64,000 bases of DNA from Escherichia phage vB_vPM_PD112: the sequence record NC_054928.1, one strand, 5' to 3'. Positions 48,576-58,426 of this stretch are shown here, one piece after another (positions within the stretch are counted from its first letter, which is position 1; each line of letters starts with the position of its first letter). Below the pieces are notes generated by a model, which searched no databases, was not told the DNA's origin, and saw only the letters and a program-made list of their open reading frames with translations. Both the position numbers and the translations under genes were made by a program.

Positions 48576-48584
48576 TTTATTCTC

Positions 48585-48625
48585 CTTAGTTGATAGGGTA
48601 ATAGTATCACACTACTACCCTACTG
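48585..48625 (-). promoter_or_regulatory. Early promoter with overlapping stem-loop (PeSL-like)
   Basis: Minus strand GTTTACAG...TACTAT inside inverted repeat TAGGGTA...TACCCTA. Confidence 0.45.
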
Positions 48626-48629
48626 TAAA

Positions 48630-49031
48630 CTACTTTTTGAAAGTTTTTCGCAAAAGTTCAATGATTTCATCTACATTGTTTTCGTCTACAATGCAGTGAA
48701 TTTTTGTTACGCCAGAAATCTTGTCTTCGACTTCATCTTCTTCAGAAGTCGGTTCTTTATACTCGCGGAAACAATAAAACTCTTCTTCACTAAGTTCAAA
48801 ATAATCATCACCTATGCCATCATTATAATAGATTTCGCCATTAGCACAAATGATTTCGGTTACATAATCAAAGCCATCTAAACTTGATATTGATTTAACT
48901 TCAAACCAACCGCCATTTTCTTGAATGATGCTGACCATATTAGCATTTGATGAACTAATATCAATGAAAGATTTAATACGGTGTGGATTTAACTCATATT
49001 TTTTGCCGATTTCCATTTTGATTTTCCTCAT
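48630..49031 (-). CDS. Hypothetical protein (frd.3-like)
   Basis: 133-aa ORF. Confidence 0.5.
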   Translation of the reverse strand: MRKIKMEIGKKYELNPHRIKSFIDISSSNANMVSIIQENGGWFEVKSISSLDGFDYVTEIICANGEIYYNDGIGDDYFELSEEEFYCFREYKEPTSEEDEVEDKISGVTKIHCIVDENNVDEIIELLRKTFKK

Positions 49032-49061
49032 TTTAACGGGACTGTAATAGCCCCTTGATAA

Positions 49062-49310
49062 TTATTGTTCAATCAGTCCCATATAAAATTCTGCGTCTTC
49101 AGCATCCATGCCATCGCAATATTCATTAGCCATAAAGCGGGTGAGGTCTTCAAGAGGACCTTCAATAACGATTTGAATACTCCAAAACTTAGAATCTTGT
49201 ACGCTTGTGATACTAAGTTCAGGATAACGATTACGAATAATTTCTTCAATATATTCAAAATCAACGATGTCAATATCAACTTTAGCCATATTATTTTCCT
49301 CTTTAATCAT
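49062..49310 (-). CDS. Hypothetical acidic small protein
   Basis: 82-aa ORF preceded by a GTTTACA early-promoter-like box. Confidence 0.5.
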   Translation of the reverse strand: MIKEENNMAKVDIDIVDFEYIEEIIRNRYPELSITSVQDSKFWSIQIVIEGPLEDLTRFMANEYCDGMDAEDAEFYMGLIEQ

Positions 49311-49392
49311 CAGCAGTATTGCCGATAGTTGTATAGTACCATAGAAGAACAGAGATGTAAACAGTTTTGTGAAAAATTTTTGAAATAAAAAA

Positions 49393-49411
49393 GGGGACCT
49401 CTAGGGTCCCC
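49393..49411 (-). terminator. Intrinsic terminator downstream of gene 32
   Basis: Minus strand GGGGACCCTAGAGGTCCCC followed by TTTTTTATTT. Confidence 0.75.
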
Positions 49412-49433
49412 AATTAATTAGTAATATAATCTA

Positions 49434-50342
49434 TTAAAGGTCATTCAAAAGGTCATCCAGATCCGTGTCATCAGCACTAGATGAACTGCCAGAGCTTGAG
49501 CTCATAAAATCATCTTCAGTTTTTGTTTTGAAGTCATCAACATTGAATGCATCCAAATCATCAGCAACTTTATCAGCTTTCTTAGCGGCAGTTGCTGCGG
49601 CACCACCCATAGCAGCAGTTCCCATAACTTGACTGAACTTAGTGCTCAGTTCTTCAAACGATTTGAATTTATCTTTAGAAGTCATTTCAGAAAGGTCAAC
49701 CATTTGTTCGAACAGTTCTTTCTGGAAAGATTCATCATCAATGTTTGGAATCGCAGATTGATTCAGGAATTTAGATTCGTCATAGTTACTAAAACCAGAA
49801 ACTTGTTTAACTTTCAGTACAAAGTTAGCACCTTCCCACGGACAAGTTACATCAACCGGAGTTTCACCCATTTCAACATCAACTGCAATCATTGCATTGA
49901 TTTTATCCCAGATTTTCTTACCGAAACGGTATTTAAATACTTTACCTTCATTTTCTGGAGCAGCTGGGTCTTTTACTACAAGAATGTTAGCCCAGTAAGA
50001 AGTTTTACGTTTAACAAGACCGTACTCTTTATTGTCAGTGTTGTACAAATCATTTTTACTGATGTACTGACATACTGGACAAGAATCGTAATCACCGTGG
50101 GTAGATGAACATGTTTCGATATACCATTTACCATTTTTCTTGAAACCGTGATTTACAAGAAGTGCGAATGGTGCTTGTTCATCATTTTTAGACGGAAGAA
50201 AACGAATTACTGCTTGGCCGTTACCCGCATTGTCGAGTTTCAGTTTCCACTCGCCTTTATCTTCAGAAGAAAAACCACCTTTATTTCCAGCCAGTTTAGC
50301 CATTTGTGCAGCGAGTTCAGCAGTAGATTTACGTTTAAACAT
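49434..50342 (-). CDS. 32: Single-stranded DNA-binding protein gp32
   Basis: 302 aa, [50 protein letters not shown]... with acidic C-terminus. Confidence 0.95.
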   Translation of the reverse strand: MFKRKSTAELAAQMAKLAGNKGGFSSEDKGEWKLKLDNAGNGQAVIRFLPSKNDEQAPFALLVNHGFKKNGKWYIETCSSTHGDYDSCPVCQYISKNDLYNTDNKEYGLVKRKTSYWANILVVKDPAAPENEGKVFKYRFGKKIWDKINAMIAVDVEMGETPVDVTCPWEGANFVLKVKQVSGFSNYDESKFLNQSAIPNIDDESFQKELFEQMVDLSEMTSKDKFKSFEELSTKFSQVMGTAAMGGAAATAAKKADKVADDLDAFNVDDFKTKTEDDFMSSSSGSSSSADDTDLDDLLNDL

Positions 50343-50441
50343 TTTTATTTCCTTTTTAATTTAATTAACAGTTGGTGCTATGACGATGTATGACCTCATA
50401 GCTGGTCAGTGAGATAATTATAATCTATTTATAATAAGCAA

Positions 50442-51095
50442 TTAATACTTACAAGATTTCACAGTTTCAATGAAAACACTTTTGGCTTTCTGCGAATCAA
50501 TATTTAAAATTTTTCTATAAGCCTTTAACTTTATAGAATAATTATTCCAGACTAAATTATCAGTCTGTTCATCATGTTTATCAATTATATTTAAAAACGA
50601 ATCAAGCAAGATAAACGTCTCAAACGAAATTATATTCGATTGAAGTAGTTTAAAAATATAACTTGATTGAACTTTTGGATTATACTCAAAGATTTCTTTA
50701 AAAGCAGAAACTTCAACTTTTTTACTAAAATAATAAATGTTGCGAATATCTTCTTCAAACTTAAATTTAATTTGCTTTAAGCGTCCGATATATTCACGAT
50801 AAAACACAAGTGCATCAGCGTCAGAGATGTCACCAATCCAAGCATCTTGGTTAGCAACAAGATTGCTTATAAAGATTAAAGCAAGTTCCTTTAATTTATA
50901 TTTTTCTGATAACTTCTGGAAAAAATACTTATCCCTTCGCTTTTGATAAGCGGCATCAGACACCCGCATGCACCAATTATACTTAATTACATCATACTTT
51001 CCATTCATATGTTGTTTTATCATTAAGTATAATTTATAAACTGATTTACCATCAATGTATCTTTCACCACCAGCAGGCATGCGGAGTTTAATCAT
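50442..51095 (-). CDS. 59: Helicase loader gp59
   Basis: 217 aa, MIKLRMPAGGERYIDGKSVYKLYLMIKQHMNGKYDVIKYNW... Confidence 0.9.
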   Translation of the reverse strand: MIKLRMPAGGERYIDGKSVYKLYLMIKQHMNGKYDVIKYNWCMRVSDAAYQKRRDKYFFQKLSEKYKLKELALIFISNLVANQDAWIGDISDADALVFYREYIGRLKQIKFKFEEDIRNIYYFSKKVEVSAFKEIFEYNPKVQSSYIFKLLQSNIISFETFILLDSFLNIIDKHDEQTDNLVWNNYSIKLKAYRKILNIDSQKAKSVFIETVKSCKY

Positions 51096-51430
51096 AGTAG
51101 AAAATCTAATGTATTAGTTTTTTCACAACGAACAACAGAAGGACGTAAAAGATTTTCGTCAATAGCTTCTGACTGAATTTTTTCAATTATACCCGAAGGA
51201 ATAAATTTAGCAAATTGAGTTTCAGGAATAGAATTTTCTTCTAAGAATGCTGTTGTAGCTTCAAGATAACTCATTCCAAACTCTTCTACCATTTTTTCAA
51301 TAATAAATCCATTTTCTTGACGATCAAGAAGCTTTGCAATTTCATCCTTTTCTTTCTTAATTGAAAGTTCTTTTTCTGAAAGACCGGTCTCATCGACCGG
51401 ACGAATATCATTTAGAGAAAACTGTGTCAT
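51092..51430 (-). CDS. 33: Late transcription co-activator gp33
   Basis: 112 aa from MTQFSLNDIRPVDETGLSEKEL... Confidence 0.85.
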   Translation of the reverse strand: MTQFSLNDIRPVDETGLSEKELSIKKEKDEIAKLLDRQENGFIIEKMVEEFGMSYLEATTAFLEENSIPETQFAKFIPSGIIEKIQSEAIDENLLRPSVVRCEKTNTLDFLL

Positions 51431-51677
51431 AAAGTTCAACTACCTCTTCGGTTTCAGCTTCAAACACATCACGGTTATCTTTATGATACAAAGCTAACAG
51501 ACGATTAAACATCTTACCATCAACGCCAAGTTCATCTTTAGCACGAATTCGAATATCTTTAATCAATTCATTATAACCAGAAATTTTCAGTTTATGATCA
51601 GATGCTTCTTTGATAAATTTAGCTAAGTCTTCGCCATGGATAGCTTCATCAAATTCAACCATTTCTTTTTTAGCCAT
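51408..51677 (-). CDS. dsbA: DsbA (double-stranded DNA-binding protein)
   Basis: 89-aa ORF at the T4 dsbA position. Confidence 0.8.
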   Translation of the reverse strand: MAKKEMVEFDEAIHGEDLAKFIKEASDHKLKISGYNELIKDIRIRAKDELGVDGKMFNRLLALYHKDNRDVFEAETEEVVELYDTVFSK

Positions 51678-51685
51678 TATTCACC

Positions 51686-52603
51686 TCAAAATTCATTAAT
51701 GCTATTAGTTAATTTAGAAAGACCCGCTTTTACAAAATATGAATAAATTTTGCCACGCGGTGGTAATTTATATGAATTATAGTAATTCACAATGTTTGAA
51801 GCAATATTATCAGGAATATAATCAAAATCAATTAGAACTAAATTTTCTTTGTATCGATTATATTCAGATTCAGTGAGAAGCACCTTAGCTTGCTCACGGT
51901 CATTAGCAATAGCTTCAACAACAGATGTTTTCATTGAAGGAGTTCGTTCACCTTCAACTCTGGTAAACCAAAAGTCAGATCGTACTTTAACTGAAGCGAC
52001 GTTATCCTTTTTGTCGCCTTTAAGGATTTTAGTCATACAGTCAATTTCAGCAGAACCGCTTTTAATTTTAACCCATTTCTTGTGCATCGGTGACCATTGC
52101 TTAACATTTGGATATTTGTGAAGCTGTGTAAAGTCACCATCCGATGAAATGATTAAAATCTTGTGTCCTTCTAAAGAGAACTTTTTAACAAGAACAGCAA
52201 TGTGGTCATCTGCTTCATACTTATCAATATCCATAACAATGTATGGCATATAAGCTTTTAATTCATCTATAACTTTATGGCTGGATTCAAAATAACCTTC
52301 CCAGTCCCAAGTAGATTCTTCTCGTGCCTTTCCGCGGTTTTTCTTATAATAATAAGCGAAATCACGACGCCAGTATCCAGATTTCGCGTTATCAATACAC
52401 AGTACAATTTTAGTGTATCCAAGCGTTTTTGCTTTTTTGACATTAAACTTAATTGAGTTCAATATCAAATGACGAACCATTGATAAATTAATTTTTTCTT
52501 TATCTGGGAAGTTTACTAGAGCAGTTGAAAGCGCAATTTGACTAAAGTCAATTAAGCAAATTCCTTCTTTGTAATCTTCATCCAGCATCATTTCTAAATC
52601 CAT
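51686..52603 (-). CDS. rnh: RNase H (5'-3' exonuclease, FEN family)
   Basis: 305 aa from MDLEMMLDEDYKEGICLIDFSQIALSTALV... Confidence 0.9.
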   Translation of the reverse strand: MDLEMMLDEDYKEGICLIDFSQIALSTALVNFPDKEKINLSMVRHLILNSIKFNVKKAKTLGYTKIVLCIDNAKSGYWRRDFAYYYKKNRGKAREESTWDWEGYFESSHKVIDELKAYMPYIVMDIDKYEADDHIAVLVKKFSLEGHKILIISSDGDFTQLHKYPNVKQWSPMHKKWVKIKSGSAEIDCMTKILKGDKKDNVASVKVRSDFWFTRVEGERTPSMKTSVVEAIANDREQAKVLLTESEYNRYKENLVLIDFDYIPDNIASNIVNYYNSYKLPPRGKIYSYFVKAGLSKLTNSINEF

Positions 52604-52663
52604 ATGAACCTCGTTCAATTAGTGAGATTTCTATTATACCATCCAAATCTTAAAGTAAACAAG

Positions 52664-52671
52664 TATAAATA
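52664..52671 (+). promoter_or_regulatory. Late promoter box TATAAATA upstream of gene 34
   Basis: Exact TATAAATA about 35 nt before the gene 34 ATG. Confidence 0.6.
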
Positions 52672-52705
52672 CTTATTATTGAAAACACAATAGGAGCCCG
52701 GGAGA

Positions 52706-55700
52706 ATGGCCGAGATTAAAAGAAAGTTCAGAGCAGAAGATGGTCTGGACGCAGGTGGCGATAAAATAATCAACGTAGCTTTAGCTGATCGTACCGTAGG
52801 AACTGACGGTGTTAACGTTGATTACTTAATTCAAGAAAACACAGTTCAACAATATGATCCAACTCGTGGATATTTAAAAGATTTTGTAATCATTTATGAT
52901 AACCGCTTTTGGGCTGCTATAAATGATATTCCAAAACCAGCAGGAGCTTTTAATAGTGTACGCTGGAGAGCGTTACGTACCGATGCTAATTGGACAACTG
53001 TTTCATCAGGACCTTATCAATTAAAATCAGGCGAATCAATTTCAGTTGATACTGCAGCTGGTAATGACATTACATTTACTTTGCCATCTTCTCCAATTGA
53101 TGGAGATACTATCGTTCTTCAAGATATTGGTGGAAAACCTGGTGTTAACCAAGTTTTAATTGTAGCTCCAGTGCAAAGCATTGTAAACTTCAGAGGCGAA
53201 CAAGTACGTTCAGTACTAATGACTCATCCAAAATCGCAGATAGTTTTAATTTTTAGTAATCGTCTGTGGCAAATGTATGTTGCTGATTATAGCAGAGAAG
53301 CTGTAGTCGTAACACCGGCAAGTCTTTATCAGGCGCAATCTAACGATTTTATCGTACGTAGATTTACTTCTGCTGCACCAATTAATGTTAAACTTCCAAG
53401 ATTTGCTAATCATGGCGATATTATTAATTTCGTCGATTTAGATAAACTAAATCCGCTTTATCATACAATTGTTACTACATACGATGAAACGACTTCAATA
53501 CAAGAAGTTGGAACTCATTCCATTGAAGGCCGTACAACGATTGACGGTTTCTTGATGTTTGATGATAATGAGAAATTGTGGAGATTGTTTGACGGGGATA
53601 GTAAAGCACGTTTACGTATTATAACAACTAATTCTAGTATTCGTCCAAATGAAGAAGTTATGGTATTTGGTGCGAATAACGGAACAACTCAGACAATTGA
53701 ACTTCAGCTTCCGACTGATATTTCTGTTGGTGATACTGTTAAAATTTCCATGAATTACATGAGAAAAGGACACACAGTTAAAATCAAAGCTGCCGGTGAA
53801 GATAAAATTGCTTCTTCAGTTCAATTGCTGCAATTCCCAAAACGCTCAGAATATCCGCCTGAAACTAAATGGGTTACAGTTCAAGAATTAGTTTTTAATG
53901 GTGAAACTAATTATGTTCCAGTTTTAGAGCTTGCTTATATAGAAGATTCTGATGGAAAATACTGGGTTGTACAACAAAACGTGCCAACTGTAGAAAGAGT
54001 TGATTCTTTAAATGATTCTACTAGAGCAAGATTAGGCGTAATTGCTTTAGCTACACAAGCTCAAGCTAATGCTGATTTAGAAAATTCTCCACAAAAAGAA
54101 TTAGCAATTACACCAGAAACATTAGCTAACCGTACTGCTACAGAAACTCGTAGAGGTATCGCAAGAATAGCAACTACTGCCCAAGTGAACCAGGACACTA
54201 CATTCTCTTTTGCTGATGATATTATCATCACTCCTAAAAAGCTGAATGAAAGAACTGCTACAGAAACTCGTAGAGGTGTTGCTGAAATTGCTACGCAGCA
54301 AGAAACTAACGCAGGTACTGATGATACTACAATCATCACTCCTAAAAAGCTTCAAGCTCGTCAAGGTTCTGAATCATTATCTGGTATTGTAACCTTTGTA
54401 TCTACTGCAGGTGCTACTCCAGCTTCTAGCCGTGAATTAAATGGTACGAATGTTTATAATAAAAACACTGATAATTTAGTTGTTTCGCCTAAAGCTTTAG
54501 ATCAGTATAAAGCTACTCCAACACAGCAAGGTGCAGTAATTTTAGCAGTTGAAAGTGAAGTAATTGCTGGACAAAGCCAAGAAGGATGGGCAAATGCGGT
54601 TGTAACGCCAGAAACGTTACATAAAAAGACATCAACTGATGCAAGAATTGGTTTAATTGAAATTGCTACGCAAAGTGAAGTTAATACAGGAACTGATTAT
54701 ACTCGTGCAGTCACTCCGAAAACTTTAAATGACCGTATAGCAACTGAAAGTTTAAGTGGTATAGCTGAAATTGCTACGCAAGTTGAATTCGACGCAGGCG
54801 TCGACGATACTCGTATCTCTACACCATTAAAAATTAAAACCAGATTTAATAGTACTGATCGTACTTCTGTTGTTGCTCTATCTGGATTAGTTGAATCAGG
54901 AACTCTCTGGGACCATTATACCCTTAATATTCTTGAAGCAAATGAGACACAACGTGGTACACTTCGTGTAGCTACACAAGTTGAAGCTGCTGCAGGAACA
55001 TTGGATAATGTTTTAATAACTCCTAAAAAGCTTTTAGGTACTAAATCTACCGAATCGCAGGAAGGTGTTATTAAAGTTGCAACTCAGTCTGAAACTGTAG
55101 CTGGAACGTCAGCAAATACTGCTGTATCTCCAAAAAATTTAAAATGGATTGTGCAGAGTGAACCTACTTGGGCAGCTACTACCCTGGTAAGAGGTTTTGT
55201 TAAAACTTCATCTGGTTCAATTACATTCGTTGGTAATGATACGGTAGGTTCAACACAGTCATTAGAATTATACGAGAAAAATAGCTATGCAGTATCGCCA
55301 TATGAATTAAACCGTGTATTAGCAAATTATTTGCCATTAAAAGCAAAAGCTGTAGATAGTAATTTACTGGATGGTCTAGATTCATCTCAGTTCATTCGTA
55401 GGGATATTGCACAAACGGTTAATGGTTCACTAACCTTAACCCAACAAACGAATCTGAGTGCCCCTCTTGTATCATCTAGTACTGCTACGTTTGGTGGATC
55501 AGTTTCAGCAAATAGTACACTAACCATTTCTAATACTGGAACAGCAACTCGTCTGATTTTTGAGAAAGGACCTCAAACTGGGACGAACCCAGCTCAAACG
55601 ATGACAGTCAGCGTGTGGGGGAATCAATTTAGTGGGGGATCAGATACAACACGTTCTACCGTATTTGAAGTTAGTGATGAAACATCTTATCACTTTTATT

Positions 55701-56575
55701 CTCAACGCGATAAAGATGGTAATATAGCATTTAGCATTAATGGTACTGTAATGCCAATAAATGTGAATGCTTTAGGTTCTTTGAATGCGAATGGCGTTGC
55801 AACATTCGGTAGTTCAGTTACTGCTAATGGCGAATTTATCAGTAAATCATCGAATGCTTTTAGAGCAATAAACGGTGATTATGGATTCTTTATTCGTAAT
55901 GATGCTGCTAACACCTATTTTATGCTTACTGCATCTGGCGATCAGACTGGTGGATTTAATGGATTACGTCCATTATCAATTAATAATCAATCTGGTCAGG
56001 TTACAATTGGTGAAAGCTTAATTATTGCCAAAGGTGCTACTATAACTTCAGGTGGTTTAACTGTCAACTCGAGAATTCGTTCTCAGGGTACTAAAACCTC
56101 TGATTTATATACTCGTGCGCCAACATCTGATACTGTAGGATTCTGGTCAATCGATATTAATGATTCAGCCACTTATAACCAGTTCCCGGGTTATTTTAAG
56201 ATGGTTGAAAAAACTAATGAAGTGACTGGGCTTCCATACTTAGAACGCGGCGAAGAGGTTAAATCTCCTGGTACGTTGACTCAGTTTGGTAACACACTCG
56301 ATTCGCTTTACCAAGATTGGATTACTTATCCAACGACCCCAGAAGCGCGCACCACTCGCTGGACGCGTACATGGCAGAAAACCAAAAACTCTTGGTCAAG
56401 TTTTGTTCAGGTATTTGATGGGGGTAACCCTCCTCAGCCATCTGATATTGGTGCTTTACCATCTGATAATGCTATAATGGGGAATCTTACTATTCGTGAT
56501 TTCTTACGAATTGGTAATGTTCGCATTATTCCTGACCCAGTGAATAAAACGGTTAAATTTGAATGGGTTGAATAA
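52706..56575 (+). CDS. 34: Long tail fibre proximal subunit gp34
   Basis: 1289 aa, MAEIKRKFRAEDGLDAGGDKIINVALADRTVGTDGVNVDYL...; internal repeated ...TATETRRG(I/V)A... motifs. Confidence 0.93.
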   Translation: MAEIKRKFRAEDGLDAGGDKIINVALADRTVGTDGVNVDYLIQENTVQQYDPTRGYLKDFVIIYDNRFWAAINDIPKPAGAFNSVRWRALRTDANWTTVSSGPYQLKSGESISVDTAAGNDITFTLPSSPIDGDTIVLQDIGGKPGVNQVLIVAPVQSIVNFRGEQVRSVLMTHPKSQIVLIFSNRLWQMYVADYSREAVVVTPASLYQAQSNDFIVRRFTSAAPINVKLPRFANHGDIINFVDLDKLNPLYHTIVTTYDETTSIQEVGTHSIEGRTTIDGFLMFDDNEKLWRLFDGDSKARLRIITTNSSIRPNEEVMVFGANNGTTQTIELQLPTDISVGDTVKISMNYMRKGHTVKIKAAGEDKIASSVQLLQFPKRSEYPPETKWVTVQELVFNGETNYVPVLELAYIEDSDGKYWVVQQNVPTVERVDSLNDSTRARLGVIALATQAQANADLENSPQKELAITPETLANRTATETRRGIARIATTAQVNQDTTFSFADDIIITPKKLNERTATETRRGVAEIATQQETNAGTDDTTIITPKKLQARQGSESLSGIVTFVSTAGATPASSRELNGTNVYNKNTDNLVVSPKALDQYKATPTQQGAVILAVESEVIAGQSQEGWANAVVTPETLHKKTSTDARIGLIEIATQSEVNTGTDYTRAVTPKTLNDRIATESLSGIAEIATQVEFDAGVDDTRISTPLKIKTRFNSTDRTSVVALSGLVESGTLWDHYTLNILEANETQRGTLRVATQVEAAAGTLDNVLITPKKLLGTKSTESQEGVIKVATQSETVAGTSANTAVSPKNLKWIVQSEPTWAATTLVRGFVKTSSGSITFVGNDTVGSTQSLELYEKNSYAVSPYELNRVLANYLPLKAKAVDSNLLDGLDSSQFIRRDIAQTVNGSLTLTQQTNLSAPLVSSSTATFGGSVSANSTLTISNTGTATRLIFEKGPQTGTNPAQTMTVSVWGNQFSGGSDTTRSTVFEVSDETSYHFYSQRDKDGNIAFSINGTVMPINVNALGSLNANGVATFGSSVTANGEFISKSSNAFRAINGDYGFFIRNDAANTYFMLTASGDQTGGFNGLRPLSINNQSGQVTIGESLIIAKGATITSGGLTVNSRIRSQGTKTSDLYTRAPTSDTVGFWSIDINDSATYNQFPGYFKMVEKTNEVTGLPYLERGEEVKSPGTLTQFGNTLDSLYQDWITYPTTPEARTTRWTRTWQKTKNSWSSFVQVFDGGNPPQPSDIGALPSDNAIMGNLTIRDFLRIGNVRIIPDPVNKTVKFEWVE

Positions 56576-56583
56576 GAGGTATT

Positions 56584-57699
56584 ATGGAAAAATTTATGGC
56601 AGAGTTTGGACAAGGATATGTCCAAACGCCATTTTTATCGGAAAGTAATTCAGTAAGATATAAAATAAGTATAGCGGGTTCTTGCCCGCTTTCTACAGCA
56701 GGACCATACGTTAAATTTCAGGATAATCCTATCGGAAGTCAAACATTTAGCGCAGGCCTTCATTTAAGAGTTTTTGACCCTTCTACAGGAGCATTAGTTG
56801 ATAATAAGTCATATGCTTTTTCGACTTCAAATGATACTACATCTGCCGCTTTTGTTAGCTTCATGAATTCTATTTCAAGCAATAGACTTGTTGCTATATT
56901 AACTAACGGAAAGGTTAATTTTCCTCCTGAAGTAGTATCTTGGTTAAGAACCGCAGGAACGTCTGCTTTTCCATCTGACTCTATATTGTCAAGATTTGAC
57001 GTATCATATGCTGCTTTTTACACTTCTTCTAAAAGAGCTATTGCATTAGAACATGTTAAACTAAGTAATAGAAAAAGCACAGATGACTATCAAACTATTT
57101 TAGATGTTGTATTTGATAGTTTAGAAGACGTTGGAGCTACGGGATTTCCTAAAAGAACATACGAAAGCGTTGAGCAATTTATGTCAGCGGTTGGTGGAAC
57201 TAATAACGAAATTGCACGTTTACCAACTTCATCCGCGATAAGTAAACTCTCTGATTATAATTTAATTCCTGGTGATGTTCTTTATCTTAAAGCACAGCTA
57301 TATGCTGATGCTGATTTACTTGCGCTTGGAACTACAAATATATCTATCCGTTTTTATGATGAATCGAATGGATATATTTCTTCAACACATGCTGAGTTTA
57401 CCGGACAAGCTGAGTCATGGGAATTAAAGGAAGATTATGTAGTTATTCCAGAAAATGCAGTAGGATTTACGATATATGCACAAAGAACTGCACAAGCAGG
57501 TCAAGGTGGTATGAGAAATTTAAGCTTTTCTGAAGTATCAAGAAATGGCGGAATTTCAAAACCTGCTGAATTTGGCGTCAATGGTATTCGAGTTAATTAT
57601 GTCTGTGAATCTGCTTCACCTCCGGATATAATGGTACTTCCTACACAAGCATCGTCTAAAACTGGTAAAGTATTTGGGCAAGAATTTAGAGAAGTTTAA
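56584..57699 (+). CDS. 35: Long tail fibre hinge protein gp35
   Basis: 371-aa ORF at the T4 gene 35 position. Confidence 0.85.
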   Translation: MEKFMAEFGQGYVQTPFLSESNSVRYKISIAGSCPLSTAGPYVKFQDNPIGSQTFSAGLHLRVFDPSTGALVDNKSYAFSTSNDTTSAAFVSFMNSISSNRLVAILTNGKVNFPPEVVSWLRTAGTSAFPSDSILSRFDVSYAAFYTSSKRAIALEHVKLSNRKSTDDYQTILDVVFDSLEDVGATGFPKRTYESVEQFMSAVGGTNNEIARLPTSSAISKLSDYNLIPGDVLYLKAQLYADADLLALGTTNISIRFYDESNGYISSTHAEFTGQAESWELKEDYVVIPENAVGFTIYAQRTAQAGQGGMRNLSFSEVSRNGGISKPAEFGVNGIRVNYVCESASPPDIMVLPTQASSKTGKVFGQEFREV

Positions 57700-57704
57700 A
57701 TTGA

Positions 57705-57730
57705 GGGAGCCTTCGGGTTCCCTTTTTCTT
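57705..57730 (+). terminator. Terminator hairpin GGGAGCC-UUCG-GGUUCCC plus U-run after gene 35
   Basis: Stem-loop followed by TTTTTCTT. Confidence 0.65.
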
Positions 57731-57738
57731 TATAAATA
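57731..57738 (+). promoter_or_regulatory. Late promoter box TATAAATA upstream of gene 36
   Basis: Exact TATAAATA about 24 nt before the gene 36 ATG. Confidence 0.6.
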
Positions 57739-57761
57739 CTATTAAAATAAAGGGGCATACA

Positions 57762-58418
57762 ATGGCTGATTTAAAAGTAGGTTCAACAACTGGAGGCTCT
57801 GTCATTTGGCATCAAGGAAATTTTCCATTGAATCCAGCCGGTGACGATGTACTCTATAAATCATTTAAAATATATTCAGAATATAATAAACCACAAGCTG
57901 CTGATAACGATTTCGTTTCTAAAGCTAATGGTGGTACGTATTTAAATAAAGTAATTTTTAATAAAGGAATGACTGTTCCTGGTGCAGGGTCAGGTGACAA
58001 TGGTATTTTTGCTGGTCCTGGTGATAATGCCACGTATGATACTACAAATATGGATATTGTTTCTTGGTATGGTATTGGTTTTAAATCATCACAAGGAACA
58101 GCAGGTAGAACTGTAGTAATTAACACGCGAAATGGAGATATTAGCTCAAAGGGTGTAATTGAAGCATCACAAATACGCGCAACTTCATTATCACCAGTAA
58201 ATAATTATGACCTTACACGGAAAGATTATGTTGATGGAGCAATAAATATTGTTACAGCAAACGCAAACTCTAGGGTATTACGCTCTGGAGACACTATGAC
58301 AGGAAATTTGACTGCGCCAAACCTTTTTTCACAGAATCCTGCATCTCAACCCTCGCATGTTCCGCGATTTGACCAAATTGTTATTAAGGATTCTGTTCAA
58401 GATTTCGGCTATTATTAA
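57762..58418 (+). CDS. 36: Long tail fibre distal connector gp36
   Basis: 218-aa ORF at the T4 gene 36 position. Confidence 0.85.
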   Translation: MADLKVGSTTGGSVIWHQGNFPLNPAGDDVLYKSFKIYSEYNKPQAADNDFVSKANGGTYLNKVIFNKGMTVPGAGSGDNGIFAGPGDNATYDTTNMDIVSWYGIGFKSSQGTAGRTVVINTRNGDISSKGVIEASQIRATSLSPVNNYDLTRKDYVDGAINIVTANANSRVLRSGDTMTGNLTAPNLFSQNPASQPSHVPRFDQIVIKDSVQDFGYY

Positions 58419-58426
58419 GAGGACTT

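Noticed and set aside
54100-55100. Periodic repeats in gene 34 considered as a possible CRISPR-like or tandem DNA repeat array
   Set aside because: The periodicity is at the protein level (repeated fibre-shaft motifs ...TATETRRG.A..ATQ...) inside a continuous 1289-aa ORF; there are no direct repeats with unique spacers.
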